A DNA stretch of 64,000 nucleotides, taken from positions 3,648,001-3,712,000 of the forward strand of contig OY970296.1 in assembly GCA_963716175.1 (NCBI GenBank), in the 5' to 3' direction. Positions within the stretch are counted from its first letter, which is position 1. The number at the start of each line of letters is the position of its first letter. The notes below the pieces were generated by a model. That model worked only from the letters and a program-made list of their open reading frames with translations. It did not search any database and was not told the DNA's origin. This DNA is from an uncultured Armatimonadetes bacterium. GTDB lineage: Bacteria > Armatimonadota > Hebobacteria > Hebobacterales > Hebobacteraceae. Shown here piece by piece: positions 30,959-41,388 of the stretch. A program made the position numbers and the translations under genes.

Positions 30959-32252
30959 TCAGGCCCCGAATTTCTCCTGCACTCCCATCAGGTTGGTCAG
31001 GATCGGCATCACATCGAGGCCGCGGATGCGCGCCAGGGAGCCGGTGGCGGCGGCGCGCTCACCGAAGCGGTCCACCGCGTCGGGCCTCACGGCCGGGCCG
31101 CGGATCGCGATGGGCACGGTGTCCCCGGTGTGGTCGCCGAAGCTCACCGGGGTGCAGTGATCGGCGGTCACGGCCAGATGCAGATCGGCCGGACCGTGAG
31201 CGAGCAGATGGCGGGCGAGATTGTCCAACTTCTCGGCTGCGCGCATCTTGCCGGCGGCATCGCCGTCGTGCCCGCCCAGGTCGGGGGCCTTGAAGTTACA
31301 GAGCACGAAGTCATGGCTTTCCAGCATCTCCAGCACCGCCCTCGCCAGGGCGAGCTCATCGCTGTCCACTCCCCCGGTGGCGCCCGGCACCTCGGGCACG
31401 GTCATCTCCAGGTAGCGGCCAATCCCCGCGATCAGGCCGGTCTCCACCACGCAGGCGCCCGCGATGCCATAGCGCTTGGCAAAAGGCTCGAGGTGAGGGG
31501 CGATGCCCCCTCCCCGAGGCAAGACCACATTCGCGGGCAGCCGGCCTGCCGCCTCCCGCTCCTGGTTGACAGGGTGATCCTTCAGCATCTGCCAGGAGAG
31601 CAGCACGAATTCGTTGAGCGCGCGCGCCGTGATCTGCGAGGCCTCGTCCCTGCCCACCGCGGCGTGGGGTGGCAGGCCGTCGGCGTGGGGGTCAACATCG
31701 CTCACTTCGTGCCCCAGCCCAGGGCCGCGCAGCACCAGGGCCGCCCGATGCTCCACCGATTCCTTGATGAAGCAGGTCACTTCCCCGATCTTCATCCCGT
31801 TCAGGGCCGCCGCCAGGTCGCGGGTCCCCTCGGAGATGCGCTGCGCCGCGCCGGTCCACCACGGTGGCCCCGCTGAAGGCGCCCTCGCGGAGCTGAAGCT
31901 CCCCCTGGAGGCTGGAGAAATTGCAGCGGAAGCAGATGTCTCCCCCGCGCACTTCCATCCCAATGCCGAGCGCCTCGAAGGGCCCTCGGCCGGTGTAGAC
32001 TTTGAAAGGGTCGTAGCCCAGGATGGCAAGATGGGAGGTGTCGCTACCGGCGCGGATGCCAGGGGAAATGGGGTCCATCTGGCCCGATTGGCCTTCATCC
32101 GCGATGTGGTCGAGAGCCGGTGTGTCGGCCGCCTCCAGGGGAGTGCGGCCGTTCAGCTCGGGTACCGGCCGATCGGCCAGCCCGTCGCCAATCAGGATGA
32201 CAGCTTTGGTGCGGCAACCCGTCGGCGTCGCCGCCTCGGTGCCTGTGCTCAT
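30959..32252 (-). CDS. apgM: ApgM-type (archaeal-like) cofactor-independent phosphoglycerate mutase (frameshift near 31847)
   Basis: [48 protein letters not shown]. Confidence 0.9.
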
Positions 32253-32281
32253 GGTTGGTACCTCGCCTTCGTTGAGATCCG

Positions 32282-33493
32282 CTACCCAGCAGGCACGATC
32301 TTGCCCAGGATCACGGCGCGGCTTGCCCCGGTCACCTGGGGCAGGTTGGCGGGCTGGCCCAGCACGGTCTCGTTGCCCAGGATGGCGAAGGCCAGCGCTT
32401 CCTTGGCGTCGCCGCGCAGGCCGAAATCCTCATGTAGGAAGATGGGCGTTCTGGGGCCGCCTGCTGTCCCGCGGGCCGGCAGGCGCTCCTGGAGCATGCG
32501 CCGCAGTGTGAGGTTGTAACTTCCGCCTCCTCCCAGGATCACCTCGTCGAGTTGATAGCGAGGAACGACAAAGTCGCGGTAGGCGGCCGCGATGCACTCG
32601 GCAGTGAAGGCGGTGGTCGTGGTCAGCAGGTCCTCGGCCGAGACACCCTGCGCTTCGGCTCGCGCCAGCAGCTCCCCCACGAACTTGCTCCCGAATTCCT
32701 CCCGGCCGGTTGACTTGGGCGGCTGACGGCGGAGGAACTCATGCCCCATCAACCAGAAGAGCAGGCCCTCGTCCACCTTGCCCAGCGCGCCCAGCTCCCC
32801 ATCTCGGTCGAAGCGCATTTCGCCTTGCGAGAAAGCGGTCACCAGGGCATCAATGATCATGTTGCCAGGGCCGGTGTCGAAGGCCACCACGTCGTCCAAC
32901 CCGCCGCCGGCAGGCAGCACGGTGACGTTGGCGATCCCGCCGATGTTCTGGACGGCGCGGGTCTTCTCGGGATGGCGGAAGAGCGCGAAGTCCGCATAGG
33001 GAACCAGGGGCGCGCCCTGTCCCCCCGCCGCTATATCGCGAGGCCGGAAGTCCGCCGCCACCGTCACTCCTGTCAGCTCGGCGATCACCGCCGGCTCCCC
33101 GATCTGAAGGGTGGAGCCTCCCACCGCCGCCTCATAGGGGCCGCCAGGAGGAAGGTGGCAGATGGTCTGCCCATGTGAAGCTATGAGATCAACCTCCGCC
33201 GGCCTCAGCTCGCGCCCGCCGATGAGCTCCAGGGCCGCCTGCGCGAACAGCCGGCCCAGCGCGAAGTTCATCCGGCAAACATCAACCACTGGGGCCTCGG
33301 GAGAGAAGAGCGCGAAGATGGCGCGCCGCACGCTGCCCTCGTAAGGGAAGTCTCGGAAGGCCACGAGCGAGGCCCTGATGCTGTCACCGCTGCCCGAGAT
33401 GCGGGTCAGAGCCGCGTCAATGCCGTCGGCCGAGGTGCCGGACATGAGGCCGACGACGGTGCGCGTCTCCTTGCCGGCATAGTCAGCGATCAC
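32282..33493 (-). CDS. anmK: Anhydro-N-acetylmuramic acid kinase
   Basis: [54 protein letters not shown]. Confidence 0.96.
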   Translation of the reverse strand: MIADYAGKETRTVVGLMSGTSADGIDAALTRISGSGDSIRASLVAFRDFPYEGSVRRAIFALFSPEAPVVDVCRMNFALGRLFAQAALELIGGRELRPAEVDLIASHGQTICHLPPGGPYEAAVGGSTLQIGEPAVIAELTGVTVAADFRPRDIAAGGQGAPLVPYADFALFRHPEKTRAVQNIGGIANVTVLPAGGGLDDVVAFDTGPGNMIIDALVTAFSQGEMRFDRDGELGALGKVDEGLLFWLMGHEFLRRQPPKSTGREEFGSKFVGELLARAEAQGVSAEDLLTTTTAFTAECIAAAYRDFVVPRYQLDEVILGGGGSYNLTLRRMLQERLPARGTAGGPRTPIFLHEDFGLRGDAKEALAFAILGNETVLGQPANLPQVTGASRAVILGKIVPAG

Positions 33494-34803
33494 GTCGCGC
33501 GTAGGTTGACCACCTCTGCACCGGGGTAGTAGGCGGCCAGGATCTCGGCTGCCGTCTGTCCGGCCTCCGCGCGGCCGCGGGCTCCCCACTGGCAGAGGCC
33601 GATGCCATGGCCATGCCCTGTCCCGCGGAACACGAAGGCTTGCCCGCCGGCCGTGTGGTGAGCGCGGGGCCGTCCCCGGAGATTCTTCTCCACCGTGAGA
33701 TCGAAAGCGGTGCTGGGAAGCCCGCCCGCGCCCGGTCTGCCCGTTCCGAAGAGCCAGCGAATGGCATCGCCCCGCACCCGGTAACTCCCGGCGCTGGCCG
33801 TGATCTCGAGCCACTCCACCCGGCCGCCCTGGCGGCCCGCGATGTGCAGCCGGTTCAGCCGCCCCGGCCGCAGGCCTGGCTGGCCCAACACAGTTCCCAG
33901 GTTCCTGGCCACCAGCCGCTCGGTCTGGGCAAGGGTGAACCGCCGCGTCCAGTTCAGGCCCCGGTCGAGGCGGCAGTAGGGTGGTTCCCCATAGCCGTCG
34001 CGATCGCTGCTTCGGGTCAGGTAGGGCAGAAGCTTGCCCTGCCTTACCTCCCACGGGGCAGCGGTGGCACCCCCGCAGGCCGAGTGGTAGAGCGCGTCCA
34101 CTAGCAGACCGTTCCAGGCCAGGACTTGGCCGGCCGTCCTGCGCGTCGCCTCTGCCGCCGTTGAATCTCCGGGCGCCACGCCCGCGTAGGCCTGACAGTG
34201 CACCTGCGCGCAGAGATCAGCGCCCTCGGTGGCGTGATCGCCCAGGTGGTAAAGAGCGTAAGTGCGGGCCGCGATCGCCTGCGCCTCCATGGCCTCCAAG
34301 GGAAAGTCTCTGGGCAGCTCCGCGGCGACCACCCCGGCCACGTAGGCCTCCAGGTCAACCTGCGCGACCACGCGGAGGCCACTCTCCGCAATCGTGATCT
34401 CCAGTGCGCCGGGATAGGAGCCGCGCCGCCTCCCCGGCAAGCCGCCCCGGGCTGAGACCGTGATCCCCCCGGCGGCGGAGAGGGTGCGAATCCGCAGCGC
34501 TCTCCCACTCAGGCGGGCCGACCCCGCTCTCAGGGCGACTTGGCCTTGCCAGCGGCCGAGGACGGCGGCAGCGCCGCCACCGAGAGTGGCCAGGCGAGCG
34601 CCATCTCCTGCGTTCTCGACGGCAACGGCAGACGCGGAGCGCACCACCAGGGCCTCCGCCTGGTCGAGCATGAGAACGCGGATCTGCCGCTGGCCGTTGG
34701 CCCAGGGTACCACCTGGGCGGCCGGCACTTCCTTGGGCAGGCCTCCGGCGACGCCGAGGTGCCAGCAGAGCAGGGCTGCCAGCGCCCAGGGCGCGCCCGT
34801 CAC
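33490..34803 (-). CDS. SpoIID/LytB domain lytic transglycosylase
   Basis: LEAYVAGVVAAE, AQAIAARTYA, CQAY, GHGIGLCQWGA, ILAAYYPG; signal peptide. Confidence 0.92.
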   Translation of the reverse strand: MTGAPWALAALLCWHLGVAGGLPKEVPAAQVVPWANGQRQIRVLMLDQAEALVVRSASAVAVENAGDGARLATLGGGAAAVLGRWQGQVALRAGSARLSGRALRIRTLSAAGGITVSARGGLPGRRRGSYPGALEITIAESGLRVVAQVDLEAYVAGVVAAELPRDFPLEAMEAQAIAARTYALYHLGDHATEGADLCAQVHCQAYAGVAPGDSTAAEATRRTAGQVLAWNGLLVDALYHSACGGATAAPWEVRQGKLLPYLTRSSDRDGYGEPPYCRLDRGLNWTRRFTLAQTERLVARNLGTVLGQPGLRPGRLNRLHIAGRQGGRVEWLEITASAGSYRVRGDAIRWLFGTGRPGAGGLPSTAFDLTVEKNLRGRPRAHHTAGGQAFVFRGTGHGHGIGLCQWGARGRAEAGQTAAEILAAYYPGAEVVNLRAT

Positions 34804-35546
34804 GGCTCGCACCCTGCAGGGCCGACGTCTCCCCGCATCTCCGCGGCCTGCCGCTTCTGCAGCCAATCCGGCAGATCGGCGAGAGAGTCGAGTACTACGT
34901 CCGCGCCGGCCTTAAGCAGGCTGCTATCCGCGCTGCTGCCAGTGCGGACGCCGATGCACACCTGGACCCCTGCCGCGCGCCCGGCCTGCATGTCGAAGTC
35001 GTGGTCTCCCACCATGGCGGCGTTCGCCGGATGGCGACCCAGCACGGCAAGGCAGCGGTGCACGTGATCGGGGTCCGGCTTGGGCCGGGGCACATCATCC
35101 CGGGTGAGCAGCAGATCGTAGTGGGCAGTCTGTAGGGCGGGCCTGCCCATGCCCGCCGTCCCCGCTCCCGCTGCGCGCAGCTCCCGGAGCACGATCTCGG
35201 AGGCGGCCCGGCAGTTACGGGTGATCAGCGCCACGGCCAGGCCCCGCTTCCGCAACTGCGAGAGGGCCTCGGCCGCGCCCGGCAGCAGGTTCGCCTCTCG
35301 CGCCGCCTCCAGTTCGATCGCCACCACCGCCTGCGTCGCTTCCTCGCGGAACTCCTGCCCGCTCTCATGCAGGCCGGCCGCCTGCTCGATCTGCTCGATG
35401 ACACCGCGGGCCCGGAGCTGGTCAAGATCGAAACCCCGCCGGCTCGCAATGACGGCGACGGCTTCTCGCATCGCGCGGAAATCAATGGGACAGGTCGCCA
35501 CCGTCCCATCCACATCCAGGATGACGACATCAACTGGGATCACCAC
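34800..35546 (-). CDS. HAD-superfamily phosphatase (subfamily IA)
   Basis: DVDGT, ITRN, KPDP, MVGD..FDM.AG. Confidence 0.9.
   Translation of the reverse strand: MVIPVDVVILDVDGTVATCPIDFRAMREAVAVIASRRGFDLDQLRARGVIEQIEQAAGLHESGQEFREEATQAVVAIELEAAREANLLPGAAEALSQLRKRGLAVALITRNCRAASEIVLRELRAAGAGTAGMGRPALQTAHYDLLLTRDDVPRPKPDPDHVHRCLAVLGRHPANAAMVGDHDFDMQAGRAAGVQVCIGVRTGSSADSSLLKAGADVVLDSLADLPDWLQKRQAAEMRGDVGPAGCEP
35132..35157 (+). repeat. GTAG-type REP hairpin inside the HAD gene
   Basis: GTAGGGCGGGCCTGCCCATGCCCGCC, one mismatch to the copy at 20619..20644. Confidence 0.85.
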
Positions 35547-35622
35547 CGCTCACTCCTGGTTGGCCGGTCGCCGATGGCCGGGCTCTGCCGCCACCGCGGC
35601 CCAAGGGGCTTAGCTGCCTGCT

Positions 35623-36861
35623 CTACTGGAAGGCGCGCACGATCAGAATCGCGTTGTGCCCGCCGAAGCCAAAGGAGTTGGACATGGCGATGCGGACTGG
35701 CATCGCCCGCGCCTGGTTCGGGACGTAGTCGAGGTCGCACTCCGGGTCCGGGTTCTCCAGGTTGATGGTCGGAGGCACCACCTGGTCCCGGAGGGCGAAC
35801 AGGCAGGCGATGAACTCGATGGCGCCGGCCGCCCCCAGGGTATGCCCGGTCATGGACTTGGTGGAGCTGCACGGCACCGCCCCTGCTCTCTCCCCGAACA
35901 CCCGCTTCAGGGCCAGGGTCTCGGCCACATCGCCCACATCGGTGGAGGTGCCGTGAGCGTTCACGTAGTCAACCTGGTCTGGGCCAATGCCAGCATCGCG
36001 CAGCGCTACCTCCATCGCCCGGGCCATGCCATCGCCGTCCGGGCAAGGTTGCGTGATGTGGTAGGCATCCGCGCTCATGCCATAGCCTATGATCTCCCCG
36101 TAGATGCGCGCGCCGCGCTTCCGCGCCGACTCCATCTCCTCCAGCACCACCGCCCCCGCTCCCTCTGCCATTACGAACCCGTCGCGATCGCGGTCGAAGG
36201 GTCTGCTGGCGGCCTGCGGGCGCTCGTTCTTGCGAGATAGCGCTCGCATGGCACAGAACCCAGCTACCGCCAGTGGGGAGACCGAGGCCTCGCTGCCTCC
36301 CGCGATCATCACCTCCGCATCGCCCCGTTTGATCACCTCGGAGGCCTCGCCAATGGTGTGGGTACTGGTGGCGCAGGCGGTGGCAATGGAGAAGTTCGGC
36401 CCTTTCGCCCCCAGCATCATGGCGATGCGGCCGGCGGCGATGTCGAGAATCAGCATCGGGATGAAGAACGGGCTGATCCGGCCCGGGCCTTTCTCCAGCA
36501 GCACCCGGTGCTGGTCCTCCCAGGTCCAGGTGCCGCCGATGCCGGAGCCGATCAGCACGCCCACGCGAGTGGCGTCAACCGCGCCCAGGTCCAGTCCGGA
36601 GTCGTCGGCCGCCATCTTGGCGGCGCCGATGGCGAACTGGGTGAAGCGGTCGCAGTGGCGCGCCTCCCTCGCCTCCAGCCAGACGGTGGGGTCGAAGCCC
36701 CTGACTTCGCCCGCGATCCGCGAGGGGAAGGCGGAGGCGTCGAACAAGGTGATGCGATCTATGCCTGACCGGCCCGCGCGCATCCCCTCCCAGCTAATCT
36801 CGGCCCCCAGTCCCAGGGGGGTGAGCGCGCCCACGCCGGTGACGGCGACGCGTCGTTCCAT
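35623..36861 (-). CDS. fabF: 3-oxoacyl-ACP synthase II
   Basis: RRVAVTGVG, TACAT, NAHGTST, KSMTGH, NSFGFGGHN. Confidence 0.97.
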   Translation of the reverse strand: MERRVAVTGVGALTPLGLGAEISWEGMRAGRSGIDRITLFDASAFPSRIAGEVRGFDPTVWLEAREARHCDRFTQFAIGAAKMAADDSGLDLGAVDATRVGVLIGSGIGGTWTWEDQHRVLLEKGPGRISPFFIPMLILDIAAGRIAMMLGAKGPNFSIATACATSTHTIGEASEVIKRGDAEVMIAGGSEASVSPLAVAGFCAMRALSRKNERPQAASRPFDRDRDGFVMAEGAGAVVLEEMESARKRGARIYGEIIGYGMSADAYHITQPCPDGDGMARAMEVALRDAGIGPDQVDYVNAHGTSTDVGDVAETLALKRVFGERAGAVPCSSTKSMTGHTLGAAGAIEFIACLFALRDQVVPPTINLENPDPECDLDYVPNQARAMPVRIAMSNSFGFGGHNAILIVRAFQ

Positions 36862-36942
36862 GAGCACTCCCGGAGGCAAAGTGGCTGCGGCCCCCAGTCC
36901 CAGCACCGCGCCCGAGCTGCCGCAGCCTGTCGGCCTGGCCGG

Positions 36943-37191
36943 CTAGCCCGCGGGTCGCTTCGCCTCCACGTAGTTCACCACGTCCGCCACCGTCTTGATC
37001 TTATCCGCTTCCTCCTCGGGGATGTCAGGCAGCTCGAATTTCTCCTCCAGGGCCATCAGCAGCTCCACCAGAGTGAGCGAGTCCGCCCGCAGATCCTCCT
37101 CGAAGGAAGCATTGGTGGTAACGATGGCCTTGTCCACCCCCAACTGCTCGGCCACCAGAGTACGGACTTCCTCAAGAAGAGCTTCGTCCAT
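36943..37191 (-). CDS. acpP: Acyl carrier protein
   Basis: DLRADSL..VEL.MALEE; SD GGAGG. Confidence 0.96.
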   Translation of the reverse strand: MDEALLEEVRTLVAEQLGVDKAIVTTNASFEEDLRADSLTLVELLMALEEKFELPDIPEEEADKIKTVADVVNYVEAKRPAG

Positions 37192-37329
37192 TCCTACCTC
37201 CCAAGGGTTCTACCATCCTGGCTCGGGTGTGACCGGTCCCTTCGGGACTGTTACCGCAGCAGGACGCCCGCCGGCAGCGGCCCGCCTTTCACCCAGACGA
37301 TGCGATCACACCAGCCGGGAAGCTCTTTA

Positions 37330-38061
37330 TCACATATGCATTCCGCCGTCAACCGGCAGCACCTGTCCGGTGATGTAGCGGGCCCCGGGGGAGGCGAGAA
37401 AAGCCACCACCTCTGCCACATCCTCGGCCGTTCCCAGCCGGCCCAGCGGGATGCGGCCCGCCAGCTTCTCCCGCGCCTCCTCGCCCAACGCGTCGGTCAT
37501 GGGAGAGATGATGAAGCCCGGCGCGATAGCGTTCACGGTGATGCCTCGCGGGGCCAGCTCGCGCGCCGCCGCCTTGGTAAGACCGATGAGCCCGGCCTTG
37601 GAGGCGGCGTAGTTAGCCTGCCCCGCGTTGCCCATCATCCCCACCACGGATGCCATGTTGATGATGCAGCCCGAGCGCTGGCCGAGCATGACTTTGGCCG
37701 CCGCGCGGGTGCAGAGGAAGGCGCCGGTGAGGTTGACGTCCAGCACCATCCGCCATTGCTCATCGCTCATCCGAAGCAGGAGCCCGTCGCGGGTGATGCC
37801 GGCGTTGTTCACCAGGATGTCCAGTCGTCCGAGTTCGGCCACCACCTGCTTCACCATCTCCTCCACCTGCCCCCCGTCCCGGACATCGGCCGTGACCACC
37901 AGCGCCCGTCCCCCCAAGGTCTGCACCTCCCCCGCCACGGCCTCCAGCTCGTCCCGTCCCTCGGCGATGTCATTGAGGGCGATGTGCGCCTCCCGCGCCA
38001 GCCGCAGCGCAATGGCCCTGCCGATTCCGCGCCTGGCCCCCGTGATCAGAGCTACCGCCAT
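37330..38061 (-). CDS. fabG: 3-oxoacyl-ACP reductase
   Basis: TGARRGIG, NNAGITRD, GNAGQANYAASK. Confidence 0.96.
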   Translation of the reverse strand: MAVALITGARRGIGRAIALRLAREAHIALNDIAEGRDELEAVAGEVQTLGGRALVVTADVRDGGQVEEMVKQVVAELGRLDILVNNAGITRDGLLLRMSDEQWRMVLDVNLTGAFLCTRAAAKVMLGQRSGCIINMASVVGMMGNAGQANYAASKAGLIGLTKAAARELAPRGITVNAIAPGFIISPMTDALGEEAREKLAGRIPLGRLGTAEDVAEVVAFLASPGARYITGQVLPVDGGMHM

Positions 38062-38091
38062 TTCATCATCTCCTCGACCTGTCTCCGGCCG

Positions 38092-39040
38092 TCACTGGGC
38101 CAGCGTCTCCATCAGGGCCGCGAGCTCGCCGGGCGTTCCCACGGGAAGCGCACGCACATCAGAGGAGATCCGCTCGCTCAGCCTGGTGAGAACCTGCCCC
38201 GGCCCCACCTCCACGAAGAGCCGCGCGCCATCCGCAATCATACGCCGGACCGAGGCCGCCCACAGCACCGGACTGGTCATCTGGCGGGCCATGGCCAGGC
38301 GGGCCTGCTCCGCGTCCCGCACTGGCTCGGCAGTGACATTCGCCACCACCGGGATGCGCGGCGCCTGCAAGGGCAGCCTGGCGACCAGCTCCCCGAAACG
38401 CCGGGCCGCGTCCTCCATCACGGGGGCGTGAAAGGCGCCGGACACGCGGAGCGGGATGGCCCGGCCCCGCGCCCCCTTCACCGCCTCCTGTACCCGGTCC
38501 AGCGCCGCCGGCTCGCCGGACACGACCACCTGGCCGGGCGAGTTGATGTTGGCCACCACTGCCACGCCCGCTGCTTGCGCCTGGAGGCAGATCTGCTCCA
38601 CTTGGGCCTCGGCCAGGCCGATCACCGCCAGCATGCCTCCCGGCCGCCGTTCGGCCGCCTCCTCCATCAGCTCGCCCCGCCGCCGCACCAGCCGCACCGC
38701 GTCGTCGAATCCCAAGACCCCTGCCGCCACCCAGGCCGAGAACTCGCCCAGGCTGTGGCCGGCCGCCAGCTGCGGCTCCACGCCGCGTGCTCGCAGCACC
38801 TCCAGCCAGGCCACCGAGGTCGTCAGCAGCGCCGGCTGGGCGACATCGGTGCGCGTGAGCAGGGCGTCGCTGCCACTGGTGCAGACCTCAGCCAGGTCCA
38901 GCCCCAGCACCTCGCCCGCCCGCTGAAACAGCGAGCGCGCGGCCGGCTCCTGCTCCAGCAGCCCACCGGCCATGCCGGCGCGCTCGAGAGGCCTGTCCCG
39001 GGAACACGAAAGCCAGGCCCGGCCGGGGCTGAGTCACCAT
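38092..39040 (-). CDS. fabD: Malonyl-CoA:ACP transacylase (frameshift near 38985)
   Basis: AFVFPGQAS is in a different frame from QPAL, GHSLGE, SGAFH, EVGPG. Confidence 0.93.
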
Positions 39041-40044
39041 GCCATGACCATCGTGCCCCAACTCAGGCCCGCGCCGAAGCTGGAGAGCATGACGTGATCC
39101 CCCGGGTGTATGCGCCCGCCGCGCGCCGCCTCGTCGAGGGCCAGGGGGATGGAGGCAGCGGAGGTGTTGCCGTAGCGATCCACATTGCAGACAAACCGCT
39201 CATAGGGGATGTTGAGCCGTTTCGCCGCCGCGTCTATGATCCGCAAATTGGCCTGATGCGGGACCACTATCTCGATGTCGCTCATGGTGAGGCCGGCCTG
39301 ACTCACCGCGCGCTCGGACGACTCCACCATCGCTCGCACTGCGAACTTGAAGACCTCGCCACCCACCATGGTGAGATAGTGCTGGCGATTCGCCACCGTT
39401 TCGGCGCTGGCCGGCAGCCGGGAGCCTCCGGCCGGGACCTTCAGCGCGTCCGCGTTGGTGCCGTCATTGCCCAGGGAGTAGCTCAAGATGCCGCGGCCCT
39501 TGGGCATCGGGGCCACCAGCGCAGACCCGGCCGCGTCGCCGAACAGCACGCAGGTGCTGCGGTCCTGCCAGTCCGTGATCCGGGACAGGGTCTCCGAGCC
39601 GGTCACCAGCGCTCGCCGGTAGGCGCCGGTGCCCACCATCTCGTGGGCCACCGCCAACCCGTAGATGAATCCGGTGCATCCCACCAGCAGGTCGAAGGCC
39701 ACGGCATTCGTGGCGCCCAGGGCATGCTGGACAATGGCCGCGGTGCAGGGGAAGAGCGTGTCCGGGGTGACGGTGGCGACGATTACCAGGTCAATATCGG
39801 CGGGGGTGAGATGAGCGTCTGCCAGGGCGGCGCGAGCACTTTCCAGGGCGAGATCGGAAGTGGCCACGTCGGGGTCGGCAATGCGCCGTTGCTCAATGCC
39901 GGTGCGGGTGCGGATCCACTCGTCAGAGGTGTCAACCATCTTCTCCAGATCGAAGTTGGTCAGCACCCGCGAGGGTGTGTAGGAGCCTGTGGCGACGATC
40001 CCAGCTGGAATGGGCGCGGGTCTCAACCTTGCTGCTCGCCTCAC
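39034..40044 (-). CDS. fabH: 3-oxoacyl-ACP synthase III
   Basis: DTSDEWIRTRTGI, GCTGF, PHQAN, YGNTSAAS, FGAGL.W. Confidence 0.96.
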   Translation of the reverse strand: MRRAARLRPAPIPAGIVATGSYTPSRVLTNFDLEKMVDTSDEWIRTRTGIEQRRIADPDVATSDLALESARAALADAHLTPADIDLVIVATVTPDTLFPCTAAIVQHALGATNAVAFDLLVGCTGFIYGLAVAHEMVGTGAYRRALVTGSETLSRITDWQDRSTCVLFGDAAGSALVAPMPKGRGILSYSLGNDGTNADALKVPAGGSRLPASAETVANRQHYLTMVGGEVFKFAVRAMVESSERAVSQAGLTMSDIEIVVPHQANLRIIDAAAKRLNIPYERFVCNVDRYGNTSAASIPLALDEAARGGRIHPGDHVMLSSFGAGLSWGTMVMAW

Positions 40045-41078
40045 TGGCCTGAATCTCTGGCCGCCGCGGCCTCCGCCGGAGAGGCCATCATCTGCCGGAA
40101 AGACGAGGCCAGCTCTGCTACCACGCCCTGCTGGGCCAACTCCCCGGCCACCCGGACCGCGCTCTCAATCGCCAGCGGGGACGACCGGCCGTGGGCTATC
40201 ACGCAAACGCCGTTGACCCCCACCAGGAGAGCACCGCCGTGGGAGGCATAGTCCAATTCGCGGCCCAGGGAGCGCAGCCCCGGCCTCAGCAGCCATGCCC
40301 CCAGTCGGTAGCGCCACCGGCTGGAGAGCCGCTGGCGCAGCATATGGAAGAAGAGTTCGGCGTAGCCCTCCACCGCCTTCAGCAGCACGTTGCCTGCGAA
40401 GCCGTCGCAGACCACCACCTCCACCTCGCCCAGAGGCACCTCTTTGCCCTCGATATTGCCCACGAAGTTGATGGGGGCCCCCTGCAGCAGAGCAAAAGCC
40501 TTCTTGGTCAGCGCGCTGCCCTTCGACGGCTCTTCCCCGATGCTGAGCAGGCCCACCCGCGGCCGTGCCACGTGCAGCAGACAATGGGCATAGATGGACC
40601 CCATGATGGCGAAATCACGCAGGTGCGCCGGCCGCGGGTCCACGGTCGCTCCTACGTCCAGCACCACCACGCTCCCGTGCCGGTTGGGCAAGAGCAACGC
40701 AATGGCCGGCCTCTCCACCCCGGAAAGCATGCCCAGCCGCAGCACCGCTGCCCCCATCACCGCCCCCGAGTTGCCGGCGGAGACCACTCCGCAGGCCCGC
40801 CCCTCCTTTACCAGCTCCGTCGCCACCACGATGGAGGCGTCTCGCCGCCGCAGCAGCGCGGGCCCGGGGGACTCCCCCATCCCGATGGCGTCAGCCGCGT
40901 GCACGATCTCCAGTCCGGACGGCAGGGGCCGATGGCGATCCAGCTCGGCCTTGAGCTGGCCCTCGTCTCCCACCAACAGCACTGCTCGGCCCAGACTTCG
41001 CGCTGCCTGCACCGCGCCGGCCACGGTCGTCTGTGGGGCGTGGTCTCCTCCCATCGCATCCAGGGCCACCGGGATCAA
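40041..41078 (-). CDS. plsX: Phosphate acyltransferase PlsX
   Basis: ALDAMGGDHAP, SAGNSGA, DVGA.VD, CDGFAGN, HGRS. Confidence 0.97.
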   Translation of the reverse strand: MIPVALDAMGGDHAPQTTVAGAVQAARSLGRAVLLVGDEGQLKAELDRHRPLPSGLEIVHAADAIGMGESPGPALLRRRDASIVVATELVKEGRACGVVSAGNSGAVMGAAVLRLGMLSGVERPAIALLLPNRHGSVVVLDVGATVDPRPAHLRDFAIMGSIYAHCLLHVARPRVGLLSIGEEPSKGSALTKKAFALLQGAPINFVGNIEGKEVPLGEVEVVVCDGFAGNVLLKAVEGYAELFFHMLRQRLSSRWRYRLGAWLLRPGLRSLGRELDYASHGGALLVGVNGVCVIAHGRSSPLAIESAVRVAGELAQQGVVAELASSFRQMMASPAEAAAARDSGQ

Positions 41079-41119
41079 GGACGGATCGCCTCCATCTGCG
41101 CTATCACGGGCCGGCCTCC

Positions 41120-41320
41120 TCAGGTGCGACCACGATGCAGGTGCGGTTTGATGGTAAGCACCGTCTCGCCGCCATAGTTGCCGCAGGCCGGGCAGGCCAC
41201 ATGCGGGAGCTTCAGCGCCCGGCAGTCGGGGCAGGGAACCAGGTTCAGCGGCTTCAATCTCCAGTGAGCCCGCCGCTTCTGCTGTCGGCTGACAGAATGC
41301 CGCCTCTTGGGTAATGCCAC
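41120..41320 (-). CDS. rpmF: 50S ribosomal protein L32
   Basis: ALPKRRHS...CPDC...PHVACPACG.Y; GGAGG SD and GTG start. Confidence 0.96.
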   Translation of the reverse strand: MALPKRRHSVSRQQKRRAHWRLKPLNLVPCPDCRALKLPHVACPACGNYGGETVLTIKPHLHRGRT

Positions 41321-41349
41321 TTCACTCGCCTCCGCGTGCAGGGGATTCC

Positions 41350-41379
41350 GTAGGGCGGGCATGCCTCCGCATGCCCGCC
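41350..41379 (+). repeat. GTAG-type REP hairpin (intergenic)
   Basis: GTAGGGCGGGCATGCCTCCGCATGCCCGCC. Confidence 0.85.
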
Positions 41380-41388
41380 GCCCTTCGC

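Noticed and set aside
37300-40251. 983-aa ORF on the + strand (also 52900..54765, 58088..59968, 21614..23203, 8549..10102)
   Set aside because: Antisense shadows of well-conserved genes, expected from high-GC codon bias; no recognisable motifs.
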